The notes below the pieces were generated by a model that saw nothing but the letters and a program-made list of their open reading frames with translations, was not told the DNA's origin and made no database searches. A program made the translations under genes and the position numbers. Shown here piece after piece: positions 55,301 through 63,489 of a DNA stretch of 64,000 bases; positions within the stretch are counted from its first letter, which is position 1; each line of letters begins with the position of its first letter. This DNA comes from a virus. Location: positions 32,001 through 96,000 of the IMG/VR virus record IMGVR_UViG_3300044591_000896. One strand, given 5' to 3'.

Positions 55301-58300
55301 CTTTTCTCTGCCCTCTAAGCCAAATATTAATTTCTTTAGCTCTTCTGTTAATGGAGTATCTTTTCTAGATTCCCAATTTGTGTATCTTCTCTTAAGAATA
55401 TCTCTATCTATTGCAGATAATACTCTTCTTCCTTCTGGTGCGGAAATTGTAGAAGACGCAGCTGATCTAATGACTGAGTCCATAATGTCTGGCTCTAGTG
55501 CTTTTAATAATTGTCCTTGTGCATTTTTAGCATAGCCATATGGCATTTCTTTTGCAAGTGCTTCTGCAAACTTGTCATAAAGAATTCTTTGTGTTCTCTT
55601 TGTTAATCCGCTAGAAGCAAATAGCTTTTCTGCCATTCCTATTTCTAGTGATGTTACTCCCCATCCGCCAGTTGTATTCTTGCCAAACCCTGCACCAATT
55701 CTACGCATAGCAAGAGATTTAATAACATTGATTAATCCACCGCCATTAAATCCATTAGCATCAGATTTAAATGCCATATCACTTAGGCTTACAGCGTGGC
55801 CTTTTTGTCTTGCTCTTAATGCTGCAGCTTCTTCTAATTTAGCAAGCGCTGCTGGTGTTAATGATTTTGGAGCTGTTGGTTTGACTGCTGAATGTATGCC
55901 ATGAAACTCTTTCCAGTTTACATGCCTTGCATCTTCAAGTCTTTTTATCATTGCAGCATAAACTTCTTCTTCTCTTGGAGTTAGACCTTTAAAGCCAGCA
56001 ATTGTTTCTTTTAGTCTAGGAAGGACTTCATCAATTTCATTAAGCATCGATTGCTGATATTGCTGAGGGGTCATTCCTCTTGGAATGTCTACTGTTGATT
56101 CTGCAAAAAATCTCTTTGCTCCGCCCTTTACGCCAAGTAAATTAATTCTTGCTTGTTCTGCAACTGATGGCATATCGTCTGCATATGATCTTAAACCAGA
56201 AGCTGTTTTAAATACACCCATAGTTCCGCCGTCTGCAACAAAACTTCCTCCAATGTTGCCAGGTGATAAGTCTTTATCTCCTCTTAATGCTGATGCAAGT
56301 AACTGCTGGAAGTACTCCTGCTCTGACATTTCTTTTGGTAAGCTTGCAAATCTTGGATCATAAGGTGATTCAAGAACAAGAAGCTTTCTTTTACCTGCTG
56401 GATCTGTTGGGTCTATCATTACCCTTATTTCCTGCTGAGGAGGTGTTAATCTATGTGCGCCTTGGTGTATTGCATTATATCTTTGCTCAGCAAGTGCAGC
56501 AGTTTCATCAAGGACTGGCTTAACAAATACTCTTGTTCCATCTGGCTTTGTGTATACTCCGCCCACTCCTTCAACTGGGAAGCTGTGTCCTTTTGTATCT
56601 TCTTCTTTCTTTCCAAAGTTAGTTGGTTCTTCTTTTGCAAAACGACTCTTGTTAACTGCTTCTGTCGTCTGCTCCATAACCTCTCTACGTTTTCTTTGCT
56701 CTTGAACCTGCTTAATTGATTTAGGCATTCCAAGGAATAATCTTCCATAGTTAGCTTTTCTCTTTTTAATGATTCCGCCCATTGCAAAGCCATCAAGCAT
56801 CATATGAGCAAATGCTCCATCTTCACCATTAATCTTTAGTTCTTTAGGATTATATGTTTCATAAGAGCCCATAAAGTTTGTACCAAACTCTTCATTTTTT
56901 GTTATTAAAGTATCAAGATCAGATGTTCTATATGGACTTATTGCTGTTGCACCCTGAAATCCAGAGGAGTGGTTTCCTGGATCTTTGAACCCTCTTCTCT
57001 GCCCAGGTACATTTAAAGAATCAATATATCTTTTTCTTAGCCCTAGCTGATCTGCTATTTTAAGGTACTCTGCGTGTTGAGCTTGTGCAAATAGTCTTTC
57101 TCCAATAAGCGAGTCTCCATGTGATGCAAGATTTGATACGATACCGTCTCTTGCCTCTAGCACAAGTCTATCAGCCAACTCGTCATCTATTTTATTTACT
57201 TTTAAAAATCTTCTTAGTGCTGGTAGTGCCTCTGAAGGGGGAAGGAACATTATGTCATCTATTATTTCTTGTGGCTTAGCTGTCCCCGCATTTATCTTTG
57301 AATTTGTTGTTTTTCTAGTATTCAGTCCCCAGTTTCCAACAAAGAAGTATCCATTTTTATTTCCAAGAACTCCTCTTCTTGGTGCAGCAGCTCCAAATAC
57401 GCCTTCAACATAATCATGAGCATCATCTGCGTCAGTTCTATGCTCTCTTCCAAGCCTTATTTGTGGCGAAAGGTTTGCTAAATCATCTGCTGACTTTGCT
57501 TTCTTTCTTTTAAACAAACTCTTTAATGCATCAAATCTTCCATAGTTGTGCTTGCCAGAAACAATTGGTCCGCCTAAGATTCCGCCTGCATTTCTAAATT
57601 GAATTCTTTGTCCGTTATTTGCTGCCTCTAGTATAGGCAACATCTCTTGTGTTTGTTCTGGTGTAAATACTGTCTCATATGGAGTCAGCATTGCATCAAT
57701 CATTCCGCCACGGTTATATGGCTTACTCTTTTTTGCATATTCCACTAGCTGTGGATTATTTCTTGTTGCATCTTGATTTAATACAAAACCACCAACTGGT
57801 ATTTTTGCCATTGTGTTGTCATAGTTTACACTCTTGTCACCAGGTACAACTGGGCCATCTTCTAATGTGTATACATATCCACCATCATTAAAGCCTCTAA
57901 GTGGACCTCTCTTTGGAAGAATAATTCTTGGCTTAGTTGTTTCTATGCTGTATCCGCCGCCAGAAGTTCTAACACCTAATCCTTCTGCAACCTTATCGAC
58001 AAGAGCTGCTGTCTCTGGCTTATGGAACATTTCTTTCATGTTGGACTTGCCAGTTACTGGATCAACCACTGGCTGGCTAGTAAATGGTACTGTAGTTAGA
58101 TTTATTCCTCTTCCCATACCAGCGGCAACCTGTGCAGCTGTTTCTGCCATCATAACTTCAATGGTTGCATTTAATGAAATAATTTTTGCTCTTGCTTGAT
58201 CTACAGTGATTACACCTTGCTGTAGCTGTCTTACAATCATAGCTCCTTCATCTGCAGCCAATTGTGTGAGCTGTTGCATCTGTGGAAGCATTGCTTGGTA

Positions 58301-60637
58301 TACTGAAGATAACTCATGTGTAACTGTGCCAGTTGCTGCTACTTCGGTCTTTAATAATGAAAGCTCTGCTTGTGACTGTGTAGCAATTGCTGCTGTCATA
58401 GCATGCCATTTAGCAGCTTCTGCAGCTACGATTCCCGTAGAAACTCCACTTATAGATGTTACGCCAGGAACTCTTGGAAGATCCTGATCCATATACATCT
58501 GTGGGTTGTTGCTTACTCTAACATTTACTGGACCTGGGTTTGGAACAACGCCAAATATGGTTCCTGGCTGCTGTATAGCTGCAGGTATGGTGTGTGCAAA
58601 TTGTCTGCTATAAGGAGCCCCTATAAACTTGCTATCTTTATCTGCCATTCTTTCTGCATTTGCTGCAACGCCTGTTGGAGACAATACTGTTGCTCCACCC
58701 ATTGTACTTATACTTGAGCTTGTTGCAACTGCTGAATTTAATGCGCTTGCCTTCAATCTATCAAATGACGCTGCAAGATTATTAACTGCTGTCTCTAATG
58801 CTATTGCAGCTTGTGCATCACTAAAGAATGATTTTTCTACAACCTTACCAGCTTCTGCTGCTGCCATCATTTCAGGTGTTAATAATTTAAATCCTGAGCC
58901 ACCCTTAAATAATTGCTTTAGATGGAATACTCCCTTGATAATATATCCAAGGAAGTTTCCAAGCACACCAGTAAGCATGATAAGTGGTCCTGCAAATGCT
59001 GTTAGTCCACCAAGGAATGTCAGTAATGACTTGATTGGTCCTGGTAGATTTTCTACAAACTTAATTATTCCGCTGATTGTTTTTAATACAAATGTGCTTA
59101 TCTTTAAGAACTGATCACCGACGCCTGCAAGTTCTGCCTTAATTGTTTCAAGTGCTCTTTTGTATTGTCCAGATGCAGACTCTGTCATAGCCTTTAATTC
59201 TCGGTCTGCTATACTTGCTAGCTCTTCTGTGCTTGCTTTCATCAAATCTAATACTTGTAAAGTTTGTGAGCCCTCTTTTCCAAGGTTATTAAATAAAGCT
59301 CCCATACGAGCAAACTGGAATTTTCCAAAAAGTTGCTCAATTGCCTGAGCTTTTTGTAACGGATCTAGCTTATCTAATGATGCTTGTAGTGCTAATATTG
59401 TTGCAGTTACATCTCCAGCATTACTCTTTACAATTGATCCAAGATCAATTCCAAATCCCATAAACATTTCTTTTGCAACTTTAGTTGGGTTAATAAGTGA
59501 TGCAAGAGATGACTTAATGGCATTAGCACCTTCTGATGCATTTACTCCGCCTTCTTTCATTGCAGTTAAATAAAGAGCAAGATCTTGAACGTTTCCACCA
59601 AGAGATTCAATTACTGGTCCTGCTTTTGGAATTGCTTCAACTAAATCCGCAAGAGATGTTGAGGTCTGGTTTTCAACTGCGTTAAGGAAGTTAATTGATT
59701 GTGCTAACTCATCATTGCTTTGTTTAAATGCATTTTGAATAGCAAGAGTTGCTTTCATTGCATCTTGTCTATCTACTTCACCAAGGATAGAAAGTCTTGT
59801 TGTTTCTTGCGTTGATACAAGCAGGTCATTTCCTTGCTTGCCAGTTGCTGCAATATCCGCTGCTAATGCGATTGTTTCTTTATATGATGCACCATAGATA
59901 GACGCTAATTCTTTTGCTGTCTCCTCGACATCTTTTCTAACTTGCTTTAGTTCTGCAGAAGATGTTTCTGCTAAACCACCGTAAACCTTTGTAAGTCTAA
60001 CTAGCTGCTGGTCTGCTTCTAGGAATGCTTTTTGTGCTGCCGCACCAAATGCCATCATTGGAACTGTTAATCCAACTGTTAACTGGCGTCCTGCCCACTG
60101 TGTATTTTTACCCCAGTTGATAAGCTGGTTGGATCCATCAAGCATCACCTTGTTAAGAATTGATGCCTCTTGTCTTAATAAAGCAGTTCTATTTTTTAAA
60201 AGATCTAGTCCATTAGCTACGTGGACATTGTATTGCATTTGCCCCTGGGCATTTCTTCCCAGGGGTTGCAATACAGCTTGTTCCATTAATACTTGCTGCT
60301 TAGCAAGATCTTTAATTAATGTACTTGTTTTTCTTGTGTGTCCTTGCCAGACTCCAAAGTACTCGCCAAGTTTCATTCGGCCAGTATCTAGCCTCTTTCC
60401 AAACTTTTGTACATCAGATTCAAGTGTTACAAAGTGTGAAGAAAATTGTCCAGTTGCTCGCATTGTTTCGGCAAATGAACGATTCATTCTGCCTACTTCA
60501 TTAGATAGGTTTCTATCTAATCCAATGGTTGTAGCTTGAAGTTTAACTAACTCGGCGGTTACGGCTCTTAACTGCGCTGTTAAACTTGAAAAGTTTGCCG
60601 TCGCAGTTATGTTCGTATTAATATTTTGTTCAGCCAA
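49358..60637 (-). CDS. Giant tape measure protein (3759 aa) with embedded kinase-like and ADP-ribosyltransferase-like domains
   Basis: Follows the tail chaperones; N-terminal TP901-type TMP core (GRQLTVGLTVP...GVNASEGANAIKS...EQLFGK); TM segments; repeated xxGG motifs. TTG start with GGAG. Confidence 0.93.
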   Translation of the reverse strand: MAEQNINTNITATANFSSLTAQLRAVTAELVKLQATTIGLDRNLSNEVGRMNRSFAETMRATGQFSSHFVTLESDVQKFGKRLDTGRMKLGEYFGVWQGHTRKTSTLIKDLAKQQVLMEQAVLQPLGRNAQGQMQYNVHVANGLDLLKNRTALLRQEASILNKVMLDGSNQLINWGKNTQWAGRQLTVGLTVPMMAFGAAAQKAFLEADQQLVRLTKVYGGLAETSSAELKQVRKDVEETAKELASIYGASYKETIALAADIAATGKQGNDLLVSTQETTRLSILGEVDRQDAMKATLAIQNAFKQSNDELAQSINFLNAVENQTSTSLADLVEAIPKAGPVIESLGGNVQDLALYLTAMKEGGVNASEGANAIKSSLASLINPTKVAKEMFMGFGIDLGSIVKSNAGDVTATILALQASLDKLDPLQKAQAIEQLFGKFQFARMGALFNNLGKEGSQTLQVLDLMKASTEELASIADRELKAMTESASGQYKRALETIKAELAGVGDQFLKISTFVLKTISGIIKFVENLPGPIKSLLTFLGGLTAFAGPLIMLTGVLGNFLGYIIKGVFHLKQLFKGGSGFKLLTPEMMAAAEAGKVVEKSFFSDAQAAIALETAVNNLAASFDRLKASALNSAVATSSSISTMGGATVLSPTGVAANAERMADKDSKFIGAPYSRQFAHTIPAAIQQPGTIFGVVPNPGPVNVRVSNNPQMYMDQDLPRVPGVTSISGVSTGIVAAEAAKWHAMTAAIATQSQAELSLLKTEVAATGTVTHELSSVYQAMLPQMQQLTQLAADEGAMIVRQLQQGVITVDQARAKIISLNATIEVMMAETAAQVAAGMGRGINLTTVPFTSQPVVDPVTGKSNMKEMFHKPETAALVDKVAEGLGVRTSGGGYSIETTKPRIILPKRGPLRGFNDGGYVYTLEDGPVVPGDKSVNYDNTMAKIPVGGFVLNQDATRNNPQLVEYAKKSKPYNRGGMIDAMLTPYETVFTPEQTQEMLPILEAANNGQRIQFRNAGGILGGPIVSGKHNYGRFDALKSLFKRKKAKSADDLANLSPQIRLGREHRTDADDAHDYVEGVFGAAAPRRGVLGNKNGYFFVGNWGLNTRKTTNSKINAGTAKPQEIIDDIMFLPPSEALPALRRFLKVNKIDDELADRLVLEARDGIVSNLASHGDSLIGERLFAQAQHAEYLKIADQLGLRKRYIDSLNVPGQRRGFKDPGNHSSGFQGATAISPYRTSDLDTLITKNEEFGTNFMGSYETYNPKELKINGEDGAFAHMMLDGFAMGGIIKKRKANYGRLFLGMPKSIKQVQEQRKRREVMEQTTEAVNKSRFAKEEPTNFGKKEEDTKGHSFPVEGVGGVYTKPDGTRVFVKPVLDETAALAEQRYNAIHQGAHRLTPPQQEIRVMIDPTDPAGKRKLLVLESPYDPRFASLPKEMSEQEYFQQLLASALRGDKDLSPGNIGGSFVADGGTMGVFKTASGLRSYADDMPSVAEQARINLLGVKGGAKRFFAESTVDIPRGMTPQQYQQSMLNEIDEVLPRLKETIAGFKGLTPREEEVYAAMIKRLEDARHVNWKEFHGIHSAVKPTAPKSLTPAALAKLEEAAALRARQKGHAVSLSDMAFKSDANGFNGGGLINVIKSLAMRRIGAGFGKNTTGGWGVTSLEIGMAEKLFASSGLTKRTQRILYDKFAEALAKEMPYGYAKNAQGQLLKALEPDIMDSVIRSAASSTISAPEGRRVLSAIDRDILKRRYTNWESRKDTPLTEELKKLIFGLEGREKGGPVSGGTPYIVGEKGPELFVPMNSGGIVPNHALGGMIRTGKYNYGALGPVASIVAQQALPLAAFMLLPKALEKLGIASEKSNLILNGIFAVMTAGSIYKGVKTAKAAKAAKAAGSVVDDAAETAVATKSVSKFAQSLAKLRLVGMAIPGWGKVAVVALTTLATVSYGAWENARKARLASQEAFDVNEKQAKQLGIAYVSLTDKIKKATDAAQAQSQLTKVKAAGSTAIGGGINMSVKELNALQKKAKETQGDIVSMFNDLDKNDVTKAATALKVQLVAAGKSAQDAAREIYSIISISNKASQATEAVSSTEFLKIVDRASAAKVAIDTFVKSMNASDVDKKEIAASFSGGLDAIQLYYQSLVGVKDASGKAKSQVEALNDTIAHMNANKSNQQDIGDNILNTLIQENPLYKDILNSTDSMVDAWAKIQLYTNGVTADLSDISGEEAQGLLQVVNAISQAATEMTTNANLMNNPIDAIAEYGAAAKKAYDDAKKASDDATKNAQKNADAEIKALDKKIEKINEEADARIRAIEDQAEKQDYLTEVQKEQLNYQQALLSGDMSRAAQSQLNIQSLTNERQKTLSINAIQDKRDAEVKKLEAQKAGVQERLIKLQERANKLQEIANAKQKEYASVQALQQSIATTLSKAAITTDEGTIALLAEALRSDVAALAALGSDGAKAAKTVTSGVPTSKGSTIVTPGGQPIVQPGKQDWVAYLKSLTNDPGGPANSTVEYAKTYFEKFGTHVEDFGLYVKTLTGLDEVNGTRTIPLSKLRGEIKKDPENPNDYNKMEYFTADGKSVGKGAKGRAKYFENPEKPMSGEAYIYPNSKVNRGALNGVQDINLALYNKGVKTPLVQDGLKYEHNGSVTKGGKVVGYWGYNIPNVGFRSYATGGPVKNFEWGGNVKGPGTGTSDSIPAWLSNGEYVIKEKAVKQYGVSFFDGLNAQKLAGGGPVGLGSPSPINSGYLNKGGMIPGFAEGGWLSRFNPLNWFSNAGSAYVTGMQNHGAKKLDYRAPEYKTSLSQSEKNATALEALKEISMYNTAGRIAQGNAGAMDYASIIPFIRPTRAIRSTRNKLEALKLMKQGVHNSPNPNLADELLHPLEYQAQKEQTLGNFTHFSSSPKYQAGNPRYGSNSYKTKLDVKAIMTILKSKGFASSTDMAKKYGLTEGMYGVKFNHPAVQAAMKDGYIGTKYMIGNETAGQFAPFYTGVKNHPLGRIKGFHDGGPVGHKHDSTNVMSAPKWTKLDGKKHYVYDKLSGGFGISVIDTKGMTLDQLNARYIDKGVYTESQSKNKSSSNNSPYSYGPAVGDGLFRGFSVPWLDALGIKGLMQTGNKIFRGGKESEFFGKPNKGDYANAALFPLNFLVGKTKAAKSISKYPLDVAAPSAKMLGSAALRAVQQTPKGILNTLRSVLWKTVGATKVGKEALYKIPKIAGFRPYSPKGVPSVFTNTADYVRRTGKSFFDDITNRPRILPSRTGAPGGAKAWDDWADLSNVGKTNPQEAFGELFGLLSNLTKATTLNPIAKIGSKVKSKITSGIDAKKNSFKFFKEFILPAKSSFNPKQAISNFLYRYTPYGTMKARKILEMGGREGSWSPSAVDPSSGPEMFETLKELSMRPFYHGGILPETLLDRSVPGVLGNAVDDMFAAKHSMFGNLFDFDLFTTASKGMSSSYSKTKNTVNVFSEEAGNIYEMFFKKLTGRKTLDLRGGQKSIWSQSKRAYAALESFLAKTHGMETARLMLAGERIPGQAFSSLGRARDSFLQGENLRLAFTKLGPKGFKYLIDTIVHEGGRNTNSVSHPVVASLAPQKVVSGFKKILDGRDLGFFDSLNLSKVGFTKISSELEKTLTEIVTRAADQKERLGKVLPFLKAGHFAEGGMAGGKFNIPKFETGINNVPADMLAMLHKNEAVVPANMNPFNPNANNATMGGGVYNITNNINGFDGDINALSDMVTRKTVESMKTMSKISVKSMGESRSLGSGLEVRA

Positions 60638-60642
60638 GTAAT

Positions 60643-61304
60643 TTACTCCTTTGAGTATCCTAATCCTGCTCCAACACCAAAGCCAGCTTCTGCTGCAAAT
60701 GGGCCTTGTAATGAAACCACATCATCTCCTGATGCTTCTATTCCAAGTGCCCTTCTTTGTATGTCTTCAAAGGTAGGACCTTTGTTTTCTTCTTCTTCAC
60801 CATCTAACTCAATGCCTTGAATTGCTGCTAAGAACTTTCTTTTTTCTGACTCACTTTTCTGCATTGACTTAAATGTTTGAACAAGTTCTGGCATTGAGAG
60901 GCTTTCTTCTAGCTCTTCGTAATTTTTCCAATTACCTAAAAGAAAAACTTCTCCTAATAAAGCGGCTAAATCTAGTTCTGCCCAGCCAGAACCGCTGCCG
61001 CTAGAAGGTTTGGGTCGTCCATCTTAATTCCACCACATACTTCTAGGATGCGGTTAATTGTTGGAACATCTAGAACATCTTCAAAAGCATCTACATCTTT
61101 TACCAAGTCTGGTAACTGCTTTTCTAGTGCTACTGCACATGCTTCAATAAGGATTGTTAATGTTTCGTCTTCTGTAGTTACGTCTGCTGTCTTTTGGATA
61201 ACAACCATAAACTTTCTAAGCTCTTTAATTGTTAAAGGCTTTAGCTTTACGGTTACGCCATTTTGTAGAGTAATTTCTTCTACGCTATATACTGTTGTTG
61301 CCAA
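60643..61304 (-). CDS. Tail assembly chaperone G-T fusion produced by -1 frameshift
   Basis: The -1 frame is open from 61023 to 60643 (…GWAELDLAALLGEVFLLGNWKNYEELEESLSMPEL…) and overlaps the end of G. Confidence 0.8.
60972..61304 (-). CDS. Tail assembly chaperone G
   Basis: Between the major tail protein and TMP; LKPLTIKELRKF; TTG start after AGGAGG. Confidence 0.85.
   Translation of the reverse strand: MATTVYSVEEITLQNGVTVKLKPLTIKELRKFMVVIQKTADVTTEDETLTILIEACAVALEKQLPDLVKDVDAFEDVLDVPTINRILEVCGGIKMDDPNLLAAAVLAGQN
61008..61014 (-). other. Slippery heptamer C-CCA-AAC (-1 programmed ribosomal frameshift)
   Basis: X-XXY-YYZ in the correct phase of ORF G (codons D-P-N), followed after 5 nt by a stem-loop. 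Confidence 0.8.
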
Positions 61305-61361
61305 TTTGAATCCTCCTAGGATCTAGTCTTAATTATTGTATCATATAGATTTTATCAGCAC

Positions 61362-61392
61362 AAATAGAAAATCCCCCCATTTCTGGGGGGAC
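61362..61392 (-). terminator. Intrinsic terminator after the major tail gene
   Basis: TCCCCCCA-GAAA-TGGGGGGA followed by TTTTCTATTT. Confidence 0.85.
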
Positions 61393-61414
61393 TGACTATA
61401 ATTAAATTAATTAA

Positions 61415-62080
61415 TTAGTTCTTTGTAACACGGTCAATGATCTTGCCGTATTCTGATCCTGCGTAATTACCGTCTGGAAGCAAACGGAATGTTACTGGGA
61501 ATGTTGTTGCTGCGTTACGAGCAAGTGAGAATTGTGACTGCTGTACAGACAATACTCTACGTGCGTAGTATACACGCTCTGTGTTTGGTGTTACTTCAGT
61601 TGGAGCCTGTCCAATTGCAAATAGCTGACGCTCTGTTGGAGCAACTCCAAGAGCACCTGCCTCAAGGCCAAGAACTTCGTCAACGTTATCGTTTGCAGAT
61701 GCTCCCTTTGAGAGTGTGCCTGACTTTGTTGATGACGCCTGACCAAATACGGCCATAACGTTCTCTAGTGTACCTTCTGCTAATTCTGTTGCAATCATAA
61801 CTTCCATTGACTCCTTGAATAGCTTTGCTGTATCAAGAAGCTGATCTACTGTTACTGAACCGTATGATGGGTTGTAAGTAATCTGAAGACCGTTGTTTGT
61901 GAAACCTACGTTACGAACTGCTGCTGATGCATCTAGTGCAACTGCAGCCTTTGCTCCCTTTGTGAAAGCAACTGTTCCCTTGTCTAACATGTTTTCTACG
62001 TATGCTGCATCAGTTGAATCTTTTGTTGAAAGATAAAGTGGTGATGCACCGACTAGAATATTTTTGGCGTTTAGTGCCAT
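61415..62080 (-). CDS. Major tail (tube) protein
   Basis: NILVGA...VGFTNNGL...VTVDQ...TELAEGTLEN...FPVTFRLLPD; own promoter, AGGAGG RBS, terminator. Confidence 0.88.
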   Translation of the reverse strand: MALNAKNILVGASPLYLSTKDSTDAAYVENMLDKGTVAFTKGAKAAVALDASAAVRNVGFTNNGLQITYNPSYGSVTVDQLLDTAKLFKESMEVMIATELAEGTLENVMAVFGQASSTKSGTLSKGASANDNVDEVLGLEAGALGVAPTERQLFAIGQAPTEVTPNTERVYYARRVLSVQQSQFSLARNAATTFPVTFRLLPDGNYAGSEYGKIIDRVTKN

Positions 62081-62161
62081 TTTACTACCTCCTATTAAAT
62101 AAATATATATATTGATTTATAAAAATCAAAAGTGCTGGCTAGGCTCTTTTCCTCTAGGACA

Positions 62162-62190
62162 ATTCTAGAGTATAATGCCCCCAAATGCAA
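62162..62190 (-). promoter_or_regulatory. Promoter for the major tail gene
   Basis: TTGCAT-N17-TAGAAT. Confidence 0.65.
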
Positions 62191-62191
62191 C

Positions 62192-62698
62192 CTAAATAAA
62201 TCTTCCGCCTGGGCCTGTGACTCTTGAATATTTGACCTCTATTATAATATCTGCTGAAAAGAATCCCTGTATCTCTTCTGAAGGGGCCGTGGCTGAGGCT
62301 TCCAGGATCATAGTATTATGGAATATCAAATTAGACTCTGAGCTAAATTCATTTACATCTCTGGCCGAATCATCCATTCTTCTAAATACATCTAGCATCA
62401 GGTTTCTGATCTCATTTATATCTGCCACGTCAATTGCATATATTGTAAATATAATCTTTTCGCAAGACAATAGCCATATGTCTTCATACGTTAGGCCTAT
62501 CTTATCGTAGACTATATGCTTTTTCCCGCTTAAAAATTGATTAAGTTCTGGCTGTTGCTGTACTGGAATAATAGGTATTATTTCTTGGCCAAGGTTATCG
62601 CTGTAATAATCATTAGCATCAAACACGCCAGATTCAGTCAGCTCTTTCCATAGGTATTTTCTTATTTCGTATATTGAGTCTACTTTATATTTTGTCAT
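62192..62698 (-). CDS. Probable tail terminator/completion protein
   Basis: Synteny (immediately before the major tail protein) and size. Confidence 0.6.
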   Translation of the reverse strand: MTKYKVDSIYEIRKYLWKELTESGVFDANDYYSDNLGQEIIPIIPVQQQPELNQFLSGKKHIVYDKIGLTYEDIWLLSCEKIIFTIYAIDVADINEIRNLMLDVFRRMDDSARDVNEFSSESNLIFHNTMILEASATAPSEEIQGFFSADIIIEVKYSRVTGPGGRFI

Positions 62699-63489
62699 AG
62701 TACCCCTCCAAATGATTGTGTTAATGCCATATCCGCCTGCCGCCTTACATTGTTTGGAGAGAAAGAATATTGAACTTTTTTAATATTAAGTGGTACTGCC
62801 AAGGCTCTTGTAATCTTAGATCCAAATATTTGCTGAAAGCCAGAATTCTTAATTGATTCATTAACAAGCTGTCCGCTAAAGAATATACTATAGGCAAGTT
62901 TGAACTGGTTTGTAGAAGCCCTTCCTCCAGGGCTCTTGACGGTCACTGAGGCCCCTTTAGGCATAAAGACTACTTCACCATCAATCTCAAAGACAAGCCT
63001 TTCAGCGGTCCTTGGACGGATTATTACGGGCATACCTTCTTCCATAACAGAAGCCTTATTTTCAAATATATATTTCTTCTTTTGTTTTACATTCTTTGAT
63101 GGAACAGAAGTCTTAGATAATTTAAAATCAAAATCTATTTTAAAAGAAAGTCCTGTTGTATCAATTGTTCTTAATTTAAAAAGTCTTGCTGCTGGCTTTC
63201 CTGCTTTACCCCATTCATAAACATGGTGAAATGCTTTTGGCTTTGTTCTAGACAATGCGTCTATGTATTGCCCAAAGTCTTTATCTATTTGCTTAAATAA
63301 TGTATGTTTAAACAAAGCTTTAAATGCCTCATTTGCTTCTAGCTCCGCCATTACGTTTGCTTGGTAATATAAGAATGCAGATATCTGTGCGACATTGCTA
63401 TCTCTAATTGCTCCTTTTGTTGGGGTGCCAACCATAAGTCTTTCTAAACCGCTGGCTGCTTGTAATAGCGCTACATTATTAGATGCCAA
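62695..63489 (-). CDS. Virion morphogenesis (neck/tail completion) protein
   Basis: Synteny; contains FHHVYEWG. Start moved to TTG (MASNN). Confidence 0.6.
   Translation of the reverse strand: MASNNVALLQAASGLERLMVGTPTKGAIRDSNVAQISAFLYYQANVMAELEANEAFKALFKHTLFKQIDKDFGQYIDALSRTKPKAFHHVYEWGKAGKPAARLFKLRTIDTTGLSFKIDFDFKLSKTSVPSKNVKQKKKYIFENKASVMEEGMPVIIRPRTAERLVFEIDGEVVFMPKGASVTVKSPGGRASTNQFKLAYSIFFSGQLVNESIKNSGFQQIFGSKITRALAVPLNIKKVQYSFSPNNVRRQADMALTQSFGGVL

Noticed and set aside
155-63220. All plus-strand ORFs in the track (e.g. 5239-5889, 13402-14022, 43091-43573, 58629-59114)
   Set aside because: They are antisense shadows of well-supported minus-strand genes, caused by codon bias (GCN/ACN repeats). 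None has an RBS, a promoter or a recognisable motif.
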